From contig JBLNCV010000166.1 in assembly GCA_050260975.1 (NCBI GenBank), positions 830-64,829 of the forward strand: 64,000 bases of DNA. Reading direction: 5' to 3'. The stretch comes from Syntrophothermus sp. GTDB lineage: Bacteria; Bacillota; UBA5301; JAMCQP01. The position numbers were made by a program, and so were the translations under genes. The notes beneath the pieces were generated by a model. It saw only the letters and a list, made by a program, of their open reading frames with translations. It was not told the origin of the DNA and did not search any database. Each line of letters begins with the position of its first letter. Within the stretch, counting starts at the first letter, position 1. Positions 10,626 through 20,290 of the stretch are shown here, piece after piece.

Positions 10626-12116
10626 TCAGAACGTCCCTGGTCTGGGGGCCCGGTCCAGCTTTATGCCGTACTGGGACCATTTTCGGTCCACCAGTTCCTT
10701 GATCTCGGGGCTCATCCGGATCTCGTCCGGCCACTCCCTCTGGAACCCCTCCGACGGCCATTTGATGGTGGCGTCAATCCCCATCTTGGAACCGTACCTG
10801 GGCAACCGGGAAGCATGATCCAGCACGTCGATGGGGCCCTTGACAAAGGCGATGTCGCGCTCCGGATCAATGTTGTTGAAGACCTTCCAGATTACCTCCG
10901 ACGTGTCGTGGACATTTACACTGGCATCCACGACGACGATGATCTTGGTGGTCATCATCTGCGGCAGCCCCCAGAGGGCGTGCATGACCTTCTGAGCATG
11001 TCCGGGGTAGCTCTTGCGGATGGAGACGATGGCGCAGTTGTGGAAGACCCCCTCGATGGGCAGGTCCACATCCACAATCTCCGGAAGCATCAGCTTCATC
11101 AAAGGAAGAAAGATCCGCTCGGTGGCCTTTCCCAGATAGCAGTCCTCCATCGGCGGCTTTCCCACGATCGTGGCCGGGTAGATTGGGTTGCGGCGGTGGG
11201 TGATGCAGGTGATGTGAAAGACCGGGTACTCATCGGCCAGGGAATAATACCCGGTATGATCCCCGAACGGCCCCTCGGTCCGCAACTCCTCGGCATCCAC
11301 GTAGCCTTCCAGCACGATCTCCGCACCGGCCGGCACCTCCAGATCCACCGTCCGGCATTTCACCAGCTCCACCGGGGCCTTGCGCAAAAAGCCCGCGAAA
11401 AGCAGTTCGTCCACCTCTTTCGGCAGAGGAGCGGTAGCTGCGTAGATTGTAGCCGGATCCGCGCCGATGGCCACCGCCACCTCCATGCGCTTCCCGAGGC
11501 GTTTGGTCTTGCGGAAGTTCTCCGCGCCGTCCTTGTGAATATGCCAGTGCATTCCGGTAGTTAACCCGTCGTAGACCTGGAGGCGGTACATCCCCACGTT
11601 ACGGCGGCCGGTCTCCGGATCTCTGGTGAAGACCAGCGGTAAGGTGATAAAGCGTCCCCCGTCGCCGGGCCAGCTTTTGAGAATCGGAAAACGCTCTAAA
11701 GTGGCGCCCTCTTGCGGCATGAGCACCACTTCCTGGCACGCCCCGCGCCCCACCACCTTTGGGAAAAAGCTGGCCAGCTCGGCCAGTTTCGGGAGCGCCT
11801 GCAGCTTGCCGAACAGCCCGGCCTGGCCCACCTCGGAAGAAAGTTCGATGAGGCCGGTGATCTCTTTGCCGATCTCGTCGAGGTTCTCCACCTCCAAAGC
11901 CATCTCCATGCGGCGAAAAGACCCGAAGGCGTTCATCAACACCGGAACGTCAAAGCCCTGTACATTTTCAAATAAAAGAGCCGGGCCCTCGGCCTTGGAA
12001 ACTCGATCGGTAACCTCGGTGATCTCCAGATCCCTGTCCACCGGCGCCTTGACCCGCACCAACAACCCTTCGCGGTCCAACCGCGCCATGAATTCTCTCA
12101 GATCCTGATACGCCAT
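10626..12116 (-). CDS. UbiD-family decarboxylase (3-polyprenyl-4-hydroxybenzoate decarboxylase / MqnL-like)
   Basis: Aligns along its length with UbiD proteins (MAYQDLREFMARLDREGLLVRVKAPVDRDLEITEV...). Start placed at ATG 12116, with AAGGGAAGGGG upstream. Confidence 0.85.
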   Translation of the reverse strand: MAYQDLREFMARLDREGLLVRVKAPVDRDLEITEVTDRVSKAEGPALLFENVQGFDVPVLMNAFGSFRRMEMALEVENLDEIGKEITGLIELSSEVGQAGLFGKLQALPKLAELASFFPKVVGRGACQEVVLMPQEGATLERFPILKSWPGDGGRFITLPLVFTRDPETGRRNVGMYRLQVYDGLTTGMHWHIHKDGAENFRKTKRLGKRMEVAVAIGADPATIYAATAPLPKEVDELLFAGFLRKAPVELVKCRTVDLEVPAGAEIVLEGYVDAEELRTEGPFGDHTGYYSLADEYPVFHITCITHRRNPIYPATIVGKPPMEDCYLGKATERIFLPLMKLMLPEIVDVDLPIEGVFHNCAIVSIRKSYPGHAQKVMHALWGLPQMMTTKIIVVVDASVNVHDTSEVIWKVFNNIDPERDIAFVKGPIDVLDHASRLPRYGSKMGIDATIKWPSEGFQREWPDEIRMSPEIKELVDRKWSQYGIKLDRAPRPGTF

Positions 12117-12330
12117 AAAAACCCCTTCCCTTTGTGCCCATCCATATTTATTTGGCGGTCTGTCCCGCAAATCCTTCCCGGAGCGGAATTTTCTTCGGAA
12201 AGAGCTTGCCCGGCCCGTCGGATCCCATTTTTTGGCCGATTTTCGGCCACAGTCATTTTGACAAGTTGGACAACGTAGAATATTCTATACTTGTATTAAC
12301 TTGTACCACAATATTTGAGGGGGCGAGAGA

Positions 12331-13995
12331 ATGTTGGAGTTTCTGAACACGACAATCGGCGATCTGTTGGACGCCACGACTGAACGGTTTCCGGACAATG
12401 AAGCCGTGGTCTACCCCGACCGCGACTTGCGCTGGACCTACCGCCGGTTCAAGGAGATCTGCGACCAGGCGGCCCGGGGCTTCATGCGCCTGGGTATTGA
12501 AAAAGGGGAGCACGTGGCGATCTGGGCCACCAATGTCCCGGAGTGGATTATCGCCCAGTTTGCCACCGCCAAGATGGGGGCCGTTCTGGTAACCGTCAAT
12601 ACCAGCTACAAGACCGCCGAACTGGAATATCTGATGCGCCAGTCGGACTCCACGACCCTGCTGTTAATCCAGGGATTCAAGGACACAAACTATGTGGAAA
12701 CCCTCTACGAAATCTGCCCCGAGTTAAAGGATGCAGCGCCTGGCCAGTTGAACTCCCACCGCCTGCCGGCTCTCAAAAACGTGATCTTTATCGGAGAAGG
12801 CCGTCCCGCCGGCATGTTCACCTGGCAGGAGTTGATGGAAGCCGGCAAGGAGGCGCCCCCGGAGGCGCTTTATGCCAGGCAGGCCAGCCTCTCTCCCGAC
12901 GAAGTCATCAATATGCAATATACTTCCGGTACCACCGGATTTCCCAAAGGTGTGATGCTCACCCACTACAATATCATCAATAATGCCCACGCGGTGGCCG
13001 ATTGCATGAAGCTTACCTCCACCGACAGGCTGTGCATCCCCGTTCCCCTCTTTCATTGCTTCGGATGCGTGATGTCCACCCTGGCCTGCGTTACCCGCGG
13101 CGCCACCATGGCGCCCATCGAGGCCTTCAATGCGCGGCAGGTGCTGGAAACCGTGGATAAAGAGCGCTGCACCGCCGTGCATGGGGTTCCCACCATGTTC
13201 ATCGCCGAACTGGAGCACCCGGACTTCGCCAAATTCGACTTAAGTTCGCTCCGTACCGGAATCATGGCGGGATCCCCCTGCCCGCTGGAGGTCATGAAGG
13301 CCGTGGCGAACCGCATGGGCGTCCGGGAGATTACCATCGCTTACGGCCAGACCGAATCATCGCCGGTGATCACGCAGACCAGAACCGACGACCCCATCGA
13401 GTTGCGGGTATCTACCGTCGGAAAAGCACTGCCGGGCGTGGAAGTGAAGATCGTCGATCCCTCCAGCGGCAAGGAAGTCCCAAGAGGCGTCCCAGGCGAG
13501 CTGTGCACGCGAGGTTATCATGTGATGAAAGGATACTATAAGATGCCGGAGGCCACGGCGTCGGCCATTGACCAGGAAGGCTGGCTGCATACCGGCGACC
13601 TGGCCAAGATGGATGAAAACGGGTATTGCAATATCACCGGCCGGGCCAAGGACATGATTATCCGGGGCGGGGAAAACATCTACCCCAGGGAGATTGAGGA
13701 GTTCCTGTACACGTTTCCCAAGATCCGGGATGTACAGATTGTGGGGGTCCCTGACGTCAAATACGGGGAAGAGGTGATGGCCTTCGTCATCCTTAAGGAT
13801 GGGCAAGAAAGCACCCCCGAGGAGATCCGGGAGTACTGTCGCGGCAAGATCGCCAACCACAAGATCCCCCGTTACATCAAGTTCATCGCGGCATTTCCCA
13901 TGACGGCCAGCGGCAAGATCCAGAAGTACAAACTGCGGGAGAGCGCCATCCAGGAGTTGCACCTGGAAGACGCCGCGTCGATCCGCACCGCCTAA
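12331..13995 (+). CDS. AMP-dependent acyl-CoA synthetase / ligase
   Basis: AMP-binding motif YTSGTTGFPKGVMLTHYNI, GYG/TE motif YGQTESSP, and a C-terminal lysine motif. Confidence 0.85.
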   Translation: MLEFLNTTIGDLLDATTERFPDNEAVVYPDRDLRWTYRRFKEICDQAARGFMRLGIEKGEHVAIWATNVPEWIIAQFATAKMGAVLVTVNTSYKTAELEYLMRQSDSTTLLLIQGFKDTNYVETLYEICPELKDAAPGQLNSHRLPALKNVIFIGEGRPAGMFTWQELMEAGKEAPPEALYARQASLSPDEVINMQYTSGTTGFPKGVMLTHYNIINNAHAVADCMKLTSTDRLCIPVPLFHCFGCVMSTLACVTRGATMAPIEAFNARQVLETVDKERCTAVHGVPTMFIAELEHPDFAKFDLSSLRTGIMAGSPCPLEVMKAVANRMGVREITIAYGQTESSPVITQTRTDDPIELRVSTVGKALPGVEVKIVDPSSGKEVPRGVPGELCTRGYHVMKGYYKMPEATASAIDQEGWLHTGDLAKMDENGYCNITGRAKDMIIRGGENIYPREIEEFLYTFPKIRDVQIVGVPDVKYGEEVMAFVILKDGQESTPEEIREYCRGKIANHKIPRYIKFIAAFPMTASGKIQKYKLRESAIQELHLEDAASIRTA

Positions 13996-15023
13996 GCCGT
14001 ACGTTCTTTGGCCAGCGCCGCCAGGACCTTCTCCCTGGACGGCAAGGCCGGGATCGCCCCTCGTTCCAGAGTGACCAGGGCGCCCACCACGTTGGCCACC
14101 CGGCAGATCTCTTCCAGGCGCTCGTGGGAGAGGGAAGACAAAAACGAATTTGCCGGTTTGTCCTTCCTCTCCCAGAAGGTGGCCCCCGTCTTTGCGTCCG
14201 CCGCCTGTTTGGCCTCCAGGATCTGCCAGAGCAGGCCCGCCATGAAGCCGTCGCCTGCGCCGGTGGAATCCACTGGTTTCACGCGCAGCGCCGGAACGTA
14301 GCCCGAGCCGGAACTGTGCGCAAAGAAGCAACCCTCCTTGCCGAGGGTGATCACCACAAGCCTGGCACCGCTTTTGGAAAGAATCCGGCAACCGTCCTCG
14401 GGAGAAGAGGTCCCGGTGAGAAACTCCATCTCGCTCTGGCTCATCTTGATCACGTCGGCCATCTTCAAGGCCGCATCGATCTGCAACCGGGCCTGCGACT
14501 CCGTGTCCCAAAGGGTCAGCCGCAGGTTGGGATCAAAGGAGATCAACAAGCCATTCCCCCGGGCCACGTCCACGGCACGGTGGGTAGCCAGGCGCGAGGA
14601 CTCGCTGATCAGGGACACCGCCCCAAAATGAAAGGCCTGCGCGCTCCGGATGTAAGCCACTTCCAGGTCCCGCGGGCTGAGGAGCATGTCCGCCCCCGGA
14701 TTGCGATAGAAAAGGAACTCCCTCTCCCCGCTCTCGCTCACCGCCACAAAAGCCAGGCCGGTCTTGGCCTTCGCCTCCCGCACGATCCGGGATGTGTCCA
14801 CCCCGTCTTCGGCCAATACGGAGATCAGGTAAGAACCGAACTCATCGGCCCCCACCTTGCCGATAAAACCCGTACTCACTCCCAGGCGGGACAGGCCCAC
14901 CGCCACATTGGCCGGCGCGCCGCCGGCCGCCTTTTGAAACCCGGGAGTCTCCGCCAGGGAAGCTCCGGATTTCGTGGAGACCAGATCAACCAGAATTTCT
15001 CCTAATGCAATAAAGTCCGGCAT
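13992..15023 (-). CDS. PfkB-family carbohydrate kinase (fructokinase / 2-keto-3-deoxygluconate kinase-like)
   Basis: N-terminal GG motif (ALGEILVDL...AAGGAPANVAVGLSRLG) and C-terminal GAGDGFMAG anion hole of ribokinase-family kinases. Confidence 0.8.
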   Translation of the reverse strand: MPDFIALGEILVDLVSTKSGASLAETPGFQKAAGGAPANVAVGLSRLGVSTGFIGKVGADEFGSYLISVLAEDGVDTSRIVREAKAKTGLAFVAVSESGEREFLFYRNPGADMLLSPRDLEVAYIRSAQAFHFGAVSLISESSRLATHRAVDVARGNGLLISFDPNLRLTLWDTESQARLQIDAALKMADVIKMSQSEMEFLTGTSSPEDGCRILSKSGARLVVITLGKEGCFFAHSSGSGYVPALRVKPVDSTGAGDGFMAGLLWQILEAKQAADAKTGATFWERKDKPANSFLSSLSHERLEEICRVANVVGALVTLERGAIPALPSREKVLAALAKERTA

Positions 15024-15144
15024 AATTACAACCCCCTCGCTGAGTAATTCTACCTACGCCGCGGGGGTTCCTGCCTGGTTGCCAAGTTTCGGGAAGACAC
15101 GCAAAAGGCGCGCGCCTGGGCGCAAAGAGACGACGCAAAAAAAT

Positions 15145-15180
15145 GAGAGCCTCTTTACAGGCTCTCGTTTTTTTTAAACT
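15145..15180. terminator. Bidirectional rho-independent terminator
   Basis: GAGAGCCTCTTTACAGGCTCTC hairpin flanked by an A-run on one side and a T-run on the other. It lies between the small ORF at 15209-15349 and the pfkB start. Confidence 0.5.
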
Positions 15181-15208
15181 TTTGGCCGTTACCGGCGATT
15201 CCAGGAGT

Positions 15209-15349
15209 TTAGGACTGCTCAAACTCCACCATCTTGCCGGTCGCAAAGATCAACTTGGCGATCTTGTTGCCTTTCCAGATGATCTTTACATCCTGAGGCT
15301 TCTTTTCCCCTTTGTCAGGGGTTCCACTTTTAATTTCAACAGCCGGCAT
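15209..15349 (-). CDS. Hypothetical small protein (46 aa, MPAVEIKSGTPDKGEKKPQDVKIIWKGNKIAKLIFATGKMVEFEQS)
   Basis: Internal Met of ORF 15209..15532 with a GAGGTG RBS 5 nt upstream. A minus-strand TTGACA-18-TATAAT promoter sits near 15440-15470. The hairpin terminator at 15145-15180 lies downstream on the minus strand. My own reading of the printed sequence gives a frame inconsistent with the ORF track near 15300, so this call rests on the track. Confidence 0.3.
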   Translation of the reverse strand: MPAVEIKSGTPDKGEKKPQDVKIIWKGNKIAKLIFATGKMVEFEQS

Positions 15350-15824
15350 CTGCCCACCTCTGTTCTTTGCGCTTTTTAAGTTAAAAACACGTGTGGACAC
15401 GCACGAGAATATACTTTCTGGCAATTTCATTATAACACAGCCTATTCGCGGGCTGTCAACGAACTTTTCTTGCCACGTCTGGAAATGGAACCCTGCGCCA
15501 CCTCCTTTTGCTTCTCCGGATAATGCGTCCATGCCATCTTTGTGATCCCATCCCCTTTTAACCGAAACGGTTCTATATTTTTATCGGCTCCCCCGGAAAA
15601 AACTTAACTTAATGAAATCGAAATTCAGCCGATAATTTCAGATGGCGTTCAGTTTCTGTCCTAACCTGGAGGAAATTCCAGCTTACCCACGAAATATACA
15701 TATTGATAGTACGGAATTTCTGAAGGTTACAAAAAGGGGGGTGAGGCCCGGGCTTGACGGGGTTGTCAATCGTATGCTGCATTGCCAATCGCTGCAAATG
15801 GGAGAATTATAGGAGGGATAAAGG

Positions 15825-17570
15825 TTGAACATTGCAATCCTGATGTTGATCACCATTCCGGTATTCTGGTTGGCCTTTCGTTACTACGGGCGTTACATTG
15901 AGAAGGTCTTCGACGCCGACGACAGCCGGCCGACACCGGCGGTTGCCATGAAGGACGATGTTGACTATGTTCCCACCAAAACCGGCGTGGTCTTCTCGCA
16001 CCATTTCGCCTCCATCGCCGGCGCCGGCCCCATCGTCGGGCCCACGGTAGCCATGATCTTCGGCTACATCCCGGTCTGGATGTGGGTATTGTTGGGCGGC
16101 GTCTTCATCGGCGCCGTGCACGACTTCACCGCGCTGTTTGTAAGTGTCCGTGAGAAAGGGAAGTCCATGGCGGAGGTCTCCGACCATACTCTGGGGCGCG
16201 CCGGCTTCTTACTCTTTATTGGCTTTACCATCGCGCTTCTGGTCCTGGTCACCTCCTCCTTCATGCAGCTTACCGCTACCGCGCTGGGCTCCCTGGTCCC
16301 GTTGAAGGACATGGGCCTTGAGGCGGGCAAGACCATCCTGCACGTGAGGGATGTGAACGGTGTTCCCAACGCCCAGATCGGCGGCATCGCCTCCATGTCC
16401 GTCATCGTGCTGACCCTCTTCGCCCCGCTGATCGGATGGCTGCTCTACAAGAAGAACATCAACGTCTACCTGGGTTCGCTTTTGGCCATCCTGGTAGGTA
16501 TTGTTTCGGTTACGGTAGGTATCTTCTACCCGGTGACCTTCAAGCCCGAGGTCTGGATGATCATCCTATCGATCTATACCTTCATCGCTGCCGGAATTCC
16601 GGTCTGGATGATCCTGCAACCTCGTGACTTCACCAACTCGTTCATCCTCTACATCGGTATTGTCGCCCTGGTCGTCGGCGTCTTCGGTGGCGGTCTGGCT
16701 GGCGTGAAATTGATCGCTCCGGCTTTGAACCTCACCGAGGGGGTAAAGTTGGGCGGAGCCATCTGGCCCTTCCTCTTCATCACAGTGGCCTGCGGCGCCA
16801 TCTCCGGCTTCCACGCGCTGGTCGCGGGGGGTACAGTCTCCAAGCAGGTCTCCCGCGAGAAGGATATCCGGACCATCGGTTATGGCGCCATGCTGGTGGA
16901 GTCCCTGCTGGCGGCCGGCGTGATCATGGCCATCTCCGGCGGCCTGAACTTCGAGACCTACAAGAATATCGTCTACCCGACGGTGGCCGGCGCCAAGTCC
17001 AACCCGATCCTGGCCTTTGCCCTGGCTGTGGGCGGCCTGCTCAACAAGAGCGTCGGGCTTCCGGTCTCTGCGGGAACAGTCTTCGGCATCCTGATGGTGG
17101 AGGGCTTTGTGGTTACCACCCTGGATACCGCGGTGCGTTTGAACCGGTACCTCTTCGAGGAACTGTGGGCGACCCTCTTCAAGAACCCGCCGAAGATCCT
17201 CAAGTCCTACCTGTTCAATGCCGGTATTGCCGTGGTGTTGATGTGGTACTTCGGCGCGACCAACCTCTTCAGCCTGATCTGGCCAATCTTCGGCTCCGCC
17301 AACCAGCTCCTGGCTGCCTTGAGCTTGATCGCCGTCTCCGCCTGGCTGGCCAGCAAGAAGAAACCGACCTGGTTTACCGTGCTTCCAGCCCTCTTCATGA
17401 TGGTAACCACCTTATGGTCGCTGTTTAAGTTGTTGTTCACCAAGTACCTTCCGCTGGGGAACATGACCCTGGCAATCACCGACATCATCCTGGTGCTGTT
17501 GGGTATCGGCGTGATCCTTTTGTCGATCTCCAAGCTCTTCGCCTATCGGAAACCGTCGGTAAGCGCCTGA
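15825..17570 (+). CDS. cstA: Carbon starvation protein CstA (peptide/pyruvate transporter family)
   Basis: 581 aa polytopic membrane protein. The N-terminus YYGRYIEKVF...FSHHFASIAGAGPIVGP is typical of CstA. TTG start with AGGAGGGA upstream. Confidence 0.85.
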   Translation: MNIAILMLITIPVFWLAFRYYGRYIEKVFDADDSRPTPAVAMKDDVDYVPTKTGVVFSHHFASIAGAGPIVGPTVAMIFGYIPVWMWVLLGGVFIGAVHDFTALFVSVREKGKSMAEVSDHTLGRAGFLLFIGFTIALLVLVTSSFMQLTATALGSLVPLKDMGLEAGKTILHVRDVNGVPNAQIGGIASMSVIVLTLFAPLIGWLLYKKNINVYLGSLLAILVGIVSVTVGIFYPVTFKPEVWMIILSIYTFIAAGIPVWMILQPRDFTNSFILYIGIVALVVGVFGGGLAGVKLIAPALNLTEGVKLGGAIWPFLFITVACGAISGFHALVAGGTVSKQVSREKDIRTIGYGAMLVESLLAAGVIMAISGGLNFETYKNIVYPTVAGAKSNPILAFALAVGGLLNKSVGLPVSAGTVFGILMVEGFVVTTLDTAVRLNRYLFEELWATLFKNPPKILKSYLFNAGIAVVLMWYFGATNLFSLIWPIFGSANQLLAALSLIAVSAWLASKKKPTWFTVLPALFMMVTTLWSLFKLLFTKYLPLGNMTLAITDIILVLLGIGVILLSISKLFAYRKPSVSA

Positions 17571-17650
17571 GGAAGCAATAGTACAGGTTCCGGCGTGCGA
17601 TTGCAATTCTTGTCGCCGAGTGAAACCAAATCCAGCTTGTCGCGATTAAA

Positions 17651-17687
17651 GGCAGCCATCACCTTGTGGTGGCTGCCTCTCTTTTAG
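17651..17687 (+). terminator. Putative rho-independent terminator downstream of cstA
   Basis: GGCAGCCAtcaccttgtgGTGGCTGCC hairpin followed by TCTCTTTTAG. Confidence 0.4.
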
Positions 17688-17727
17688 GGATGCTTCTCTT
17701 TGGGTAAATCCTTCTCCTTTCAACCGA

Positions 17728-18552
17728 TTAGCGCATCACTTTGGTGGGCAGTTGCGCCGCATCGACCGGGTTGGGAGCTCCAGCATTTCCCACCCCGCCC
17801 GTATCCGGGTTTGCGGCCGCCGGCTTGAGCGGTTTGGCGTATTCAAAGGCCAGGCTGCCCTTATAGGCCGGGATCACCAACTCTTGCGCCTGCTCAATCT
17901 TCACATTGATCCCCCATGTTTTCAAGCTGTCCACCACACCGCCCCGCATGCGCAACGCCGCCTCCAGCGTGGCAGGATTGCCGATCGCCTTGATCGTGAA
18001 CGGCAAGCCGACATGGGTGTTGTTAATCGAGGTGGCATCGCCGGCCAGCCGGATCTCGGTGGTGGCCACGTGCCTCTGGTCGTTGATGGATAGAGCCTCA
18101 GCACCGGCGGCAAACAGCTCGTTGACTACCAGAAGGGTGTCCTGGTCGTGAATCCGGAAGATATCCGCATCCTGCCCCGGTTTTGGCTTAGCAGTGCTGT
18201 CATCAAGCACCACAATTACACCCGGCCCTTTAACGTCTGTTAAGCCCGCCAGGAGGCGCGCCTTTTCCAACTCCGTATTCAGCGCCGCAGTAAGGCTCTT
18301 GCCCTGAGCGGCGCCGGCCAGTTCGGCCCTGAGCTGGTCGACCTCCTTCTGAAGAGCCTTGCGTTGCTCTTCGGCGTCCACGTAGAGCTGGACCAGAAAT
18401 TGCGTCCGGGGCAAGGCCGCCCGTTCTTTAACATATTGCGTCCGGATTTGCACTACTAAGAGCAGCCCCAGAATCAGGCAAACGATCGCTACCGAGATCT
18501 GCCAACTCCGATTGTTCATTGTGCTCCCCCTATAGCTATTAGTATAGCACAC
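17728..18552 (-). CDS. DUF881-family membrane-anchored protein (YlxW/YlxX-like)
   Basis: N-terminal TM helix, a coiled-coil (LQKEVDQLRAELAG), then a conserved GPGVIVVLDD block, as in DUF881 proteins of Firmicutes. Assigned from memory only. Confidence 0.5.
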   Translation of the reverse strand: MCYTNSYRGSTMNNRSWQISVAIVCLILGLLLVVQIRTQYVKERAALPRTQFLVQLYVDAEEQRKALQKEVDQLRAELAGAAQGKSLTAALNTELEKARLLAGLTDVKGPGVIVVLDDSTAKPKPGQDADIFRIHDQDTLLVVNELFAAGAEALSINDQRHVATTEIRLAGDATSINNTHVGLPFTIKAIGNPATLEAALRMRGGVVDSLKTWGINVKIEQAQELVIPAYKGSLAFEYAKPLKPAAANPDTGGVGNAGAPNPVDAAQLPTKVMR

Positions 18553-18640
18553 CGAACATTCTTTAGAAAGCCCCTGCCGGCGGGCGCGCTAATTTCCGCA
18601 AAAAGAAACCACCTCAAACACTGGATTGGCAAGAGATGGC

Positions 18641-18672
18641 AAAAACAAAGAAAGAGCCCGCTTATGGGCTCT
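18641..18672 (-). terminator. Rho-independent terminator downstream of the tRNA-Gly/tRNA-Thr pair
   Basis: The minus strand reads AGAGCCCATAAGCGGGCTCT followed by TTCTTTGTTTTT. Confidence 0.45.
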
Positions 18673-18689
18673 AAAACTGGCATAAATAC

Positions 18690-18765
18690 TGGAGCCGGCG
18701 ATGGGACTCGAACCCGCAACCTGCTGATTACGATTCAGCTGCTCTACCAATTGAGCTACACCGGC
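18690..18765 (-). tRNA. tRNA-Thr (anticodon CGU)
   Basis: 76-nt cloverleaf on the minus strand: GCCGGTG acceptor, GCTC/GAGC D-stem, anticodon loop AUCGUAA, TTCGAGT T-loop, encoded CCA. One C-A mismatch in the T-stem. Confidence 0.75.
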
Positions 18766-18781
18766 ATCTCCGGCAATAAAA

Positions 18782-18856
18782 TGGAGCGGATGACGGGATT
18801 CGAACCCGCGACCCTCGGCTTGGGAAGCCAATGCTCTACCGCTGAGCCACATCCGC
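18782..18856 (-). tRNA. tRNA-Gly (anticodon CCC)
   Basis: 75-nt cloverleaf: GCGGATG acceptor, anticodon loop UUCCCAA, T-loop TTCGAAT, discriminator U, encoded CCA. Confidence 0.8.
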
Positions 18857-18870
18857 TCGTTTCAACAATT

Positions 18871-18899
18871 ATTATAACCTAACCAGGGTAAAATGTCAA
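18871..18899 (-). promoter_or_regulatory. Sigma-A type promoter (TTGACA-17-TATAAT) for the tRNA-Gly/Thr operon
   Basis: Perfect -35 TTGACA (rc of 18894-18899) and -10 TATAAT (rc of 18871-18876) with a 17-nt spacer, about 8 nt upstream of the tRNA-Gly 5' end. Confidence 0.6.
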
Positions 18900-18954
18900 C
18901 ACCCTGAATTCCCTCACAAGGTTGAGTCGCCGATTCCGCTGGTTTATCGACGCC

Positions 18955-19965
18955 CTACAGCGCGTATGTAAGGAACGCAACATATAGTACCCCGCCTATC
19001 CCAAGCAGCATGTATGGGCTGAGGGTATTCTTCCGCTTGAGGTAGGTAAACTGGATCAAAATCGACGCTAACGCGATGATGGCGCTGACCAGTGTTATCC
19101 CCGATAATTTCCAGGGAGTGAACGCCACGCCGATCGCCACCGGGATGGAACTCTGAAAGACCATGGCGCCAGTTATGTTGCCCACGGCCAGAGTGTCTTT
19201 GCCCCGGCTGATCCAGATGATACTGTTGAACTTTTCCGGCAGTTCAGTGGCAATCGGGGTAATGATGATCGATAAGAGCAGCGGGGAAACATGTAGCGCA
19301 TCTGCCAGATGTTCAATATTGGTCACGAAAAAATGCGCCCCGATCACAATTCCCGCTAGCGCCAGGACAACCTGAGCGAAAATGAAGGGCAATTCAGTGG
19401 GTAACTTCAAAAACTGGGTCATATAGAGAGGAACTGGTTCTCCTTCGCTTTCCGTGGTGTTTTCGAGGGTCTTTCGGACATACAACCCGTAGAGGATCAC
19501 CAGAAAAATGGCAATCGCCCATTTGGCGTATTGATTATTGATAAACGCCGCCAGGATGGCAATCGGGTAAACGATCAGGAAGTAGGTCATGTCCACCGTC
19601 ATATTGGTGGTATCCAGAGCCATCTCCCGCTTCTTCTCCCTCACTTTGGCGAAGGCCAGCACCGAAGTACCGGTCACAAGGAGGGCCAGGGTGGACAGCA
19701 TAAAAGGCGCCCCGAGAATCGCGCCGATCCCGATGGCGCTGGCATCCTGCCCACCGGTAAAGAGAATGGCGATAATGGGGATCATCGTCTCGGGCATGGC
19801 CGTTCCCACCGCCGCCAGCAGGCTGCCCACCACCGCCTCGCCGAGCTTGAGTTTCTTCCCGGCCCATTCGATACCGTTGGTGAAGACTTCGCAACTGGAA
19901 AGGATGACCGCCAGGCTTAAAACCAGACCGATGGAAGCCAAAAAGATTACCATGTTTTCCACCAC
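18955..19965 (-). CDS. CaCA-family cation/Ca2+ exchanger (YrbG-like Na+/Ca2+ exchanger membrane domain)
   Basis: 336 aa, about 10 TM, with two alpha-repeat regions (GTAMPETMIPIIAI... and GNITGAMVFQSSIPVAI). The start is GTG 19965 or ATG 19953. Confidence 0.75.
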   Translation of the reverse strand: MVENMVIFLASIGLVLSLAVILSSCEVFTNGIEWAGKKLKLGEAVVGSLLAAVGTAMPETMIPIIAILFTGGQDASAIGIGAILGAPFMLSTLALLVTGTSVLAFAKVREKKREMALDTTNMTVDMTYFLIVYPIAILAAFINNQYAKWAIAIFLVILYGLYVRKTLENTTESEGEPVPLYMTQFLKLPTELPFIFAQVVLALAGIVIGAHFFVTNIEHLADALHVSPLLLSIIITPIATELPEKFNSIIWISRGKDTLAVGNITGAMVFQSSIPVAIGVAFTPWKLSGITLVSAIIALASILIQFTYLKRKNTLSPYMLLGIGGVLYVAFLTYAL

Positions 19966-20059
19966 TCCTTCTTCATCTGCAGAGCCGCAAAGCTTGCTGC
20001 CGCATTATTAAATGCTCTGTTCACCCCTGATATGATCGGCAAAGCGGTAGGTAACAAAA

Positions 20060-20283
20060 GAAACCTTTATTTTGGCATCCACCAAAATAAAGGTCTGGCT
20101 CCCAAGATACATTGCTCTCGCCCTTTACACCGCTCCCGCCCATCCCTGGGCTCCGCGGCACCTTGACCTCCTGTCAAATGCAGAGCATGTCGGTATCTTG
20201 TCAATAAGACGGGCGGTCCTTGCGCCTTGCTGTCGACCTTATTGCACAGGTGCAACCTGTGTAAGCTACTCCCCTTTATTCCC
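20060..20283 (-). promoter_or_regulatory. Predicted Mn2+-sensing yybP-ykoY riboswitch (aptamer about 20085-20283) with an intrinsic-terminator expression platform (20060-20092)
   Basis: The minus-strand leader starts GGGAAUAAAGGGGAGUAGC..., carrying the AAAGGGGAGUAGC L1 motif that is a hallmark of this riboswitch. It ends ...GGGAGCCAGACCUUUAUU, like the conserved AGCAAGACCUUU 3' end. The P1 3' strand CCUUUAUU is also the 5' arm of a perfect 12-bp hairpin CCUUUAUUUUGG-CAUCCA-CCAAAAUAAAGG followed by UUUCUUUUGUU, about 95 nt upstream of the exchanger start. An internal long-range helix CAAGAUAC/GUAUCUUG is present. Confidence 0.6.
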
Positions 20284-20290
20284 TGGCCTA

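Noticed and set aside
10476-11564. 362-aa plus-strand ORF
   Set aside because: Entirely antisense to the well-conserved ubiD-like gene; low-complexity Pro/Gly/His-rich translation.
15209-15532. Full 107-aa ORF from the track
   Set aside because: Only the last 46 codons have an RBS and promoter. The upstream part overlaps the divergent promoter region. My reading of the printed sequence is also inconsistent with this frame at two line boundaries.
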